Shown here: piece by piece, positions 53,526-53,647 of the stretch
How the letters are laid out: every line of letters starts with the position of its first letter
Position numbering within the stretch: position 1 is the first letter of the stretch
From: a virus
Taxonomy: Duplodnaviria > Caudoviricetes
Virus record (IMG/VR): IMGVR_UViG_3300010354_000120
Span: 1 to 53,647 of that record
Reading direction: 5' to 3' (one strand)
Length of the DNA stretch: 53,647 nucleotides
The notes under the pieces: model-generated
Database searches by the model: none
Told to the model about the DNA's origin: nothing
The model's input: only the letters and a program-made list of their open reading frames with translations
Program-made: the position numbers and the translations under genes

Positions 53526-53647
53526 TGGTTGAAAAAGTAAAGTTTGTAAGTATCACTCGTGTGATTGATGACCGCAAAGGTATTCATTATCTTGATGCTA
53601 TTGATGAGAATGGAATGCACTGGACAGCAGAGATGGATAATAAACAA
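53525..53647 (+). CDS. hypothetical protein (3' truncated)
   Basis: TAATG coupling; MVEKVKFVSITRVIDDRKGIHYLDAIDENGMHW... Confidence 0.65.
   Translation, partial: MVEKVKFVSITRVIDDRKGIHYLDAIDENGMHWTAEMDNKQ

Noticed and set aside
1-53647. Alternative genetic code or stop-codon readthrough
   Set aside because: Core genes are full length under the standard code and all three stops are used; the tRNA anticodon TAG reads CUA (Leu) and is not a suppressor

Overview
A 53.6 kb segment of a T4-like (Kyanoviridae-type) cyanophage genome. It contains the conserved block nrdC-speD-thyX-phoH-exonuclease-gp33-gp59-gp32, the baseplate/head-completion block (gp53, gp48, gp2, gp4, gp54-like, gp26, gp51), two large proteins with cell-wall-hydrolase domains, a gp27-like hub, cp12, gp5, several tail-fibre/virion proteins, tRNA-Leu(TAG), a methyltransferase, a LOG + PRPP-synthetase pair and a long run of small hypothetical genes. 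The most striking element is at 2955-3717, which the ORF track misses. An NtcA-type box and a late-promoter-like motif precede two glutamine (glnA-motif) aptamer units. These appear to fold as one interlocked double aptamer sharing a P3 helix, with a complete 55-codon ORF inserted exactly in the P2 loop of the second unit, upstream of a DUF4278 (IF17-like) gene and two micro-ORFs. Other notable signals: a seven-copy palindromic promoter motif, a mosaic tandem gene duplication on the minus strand, and module sharing between tail proteins. All family assignments come from visual motif recognition and synteny, not database searches.
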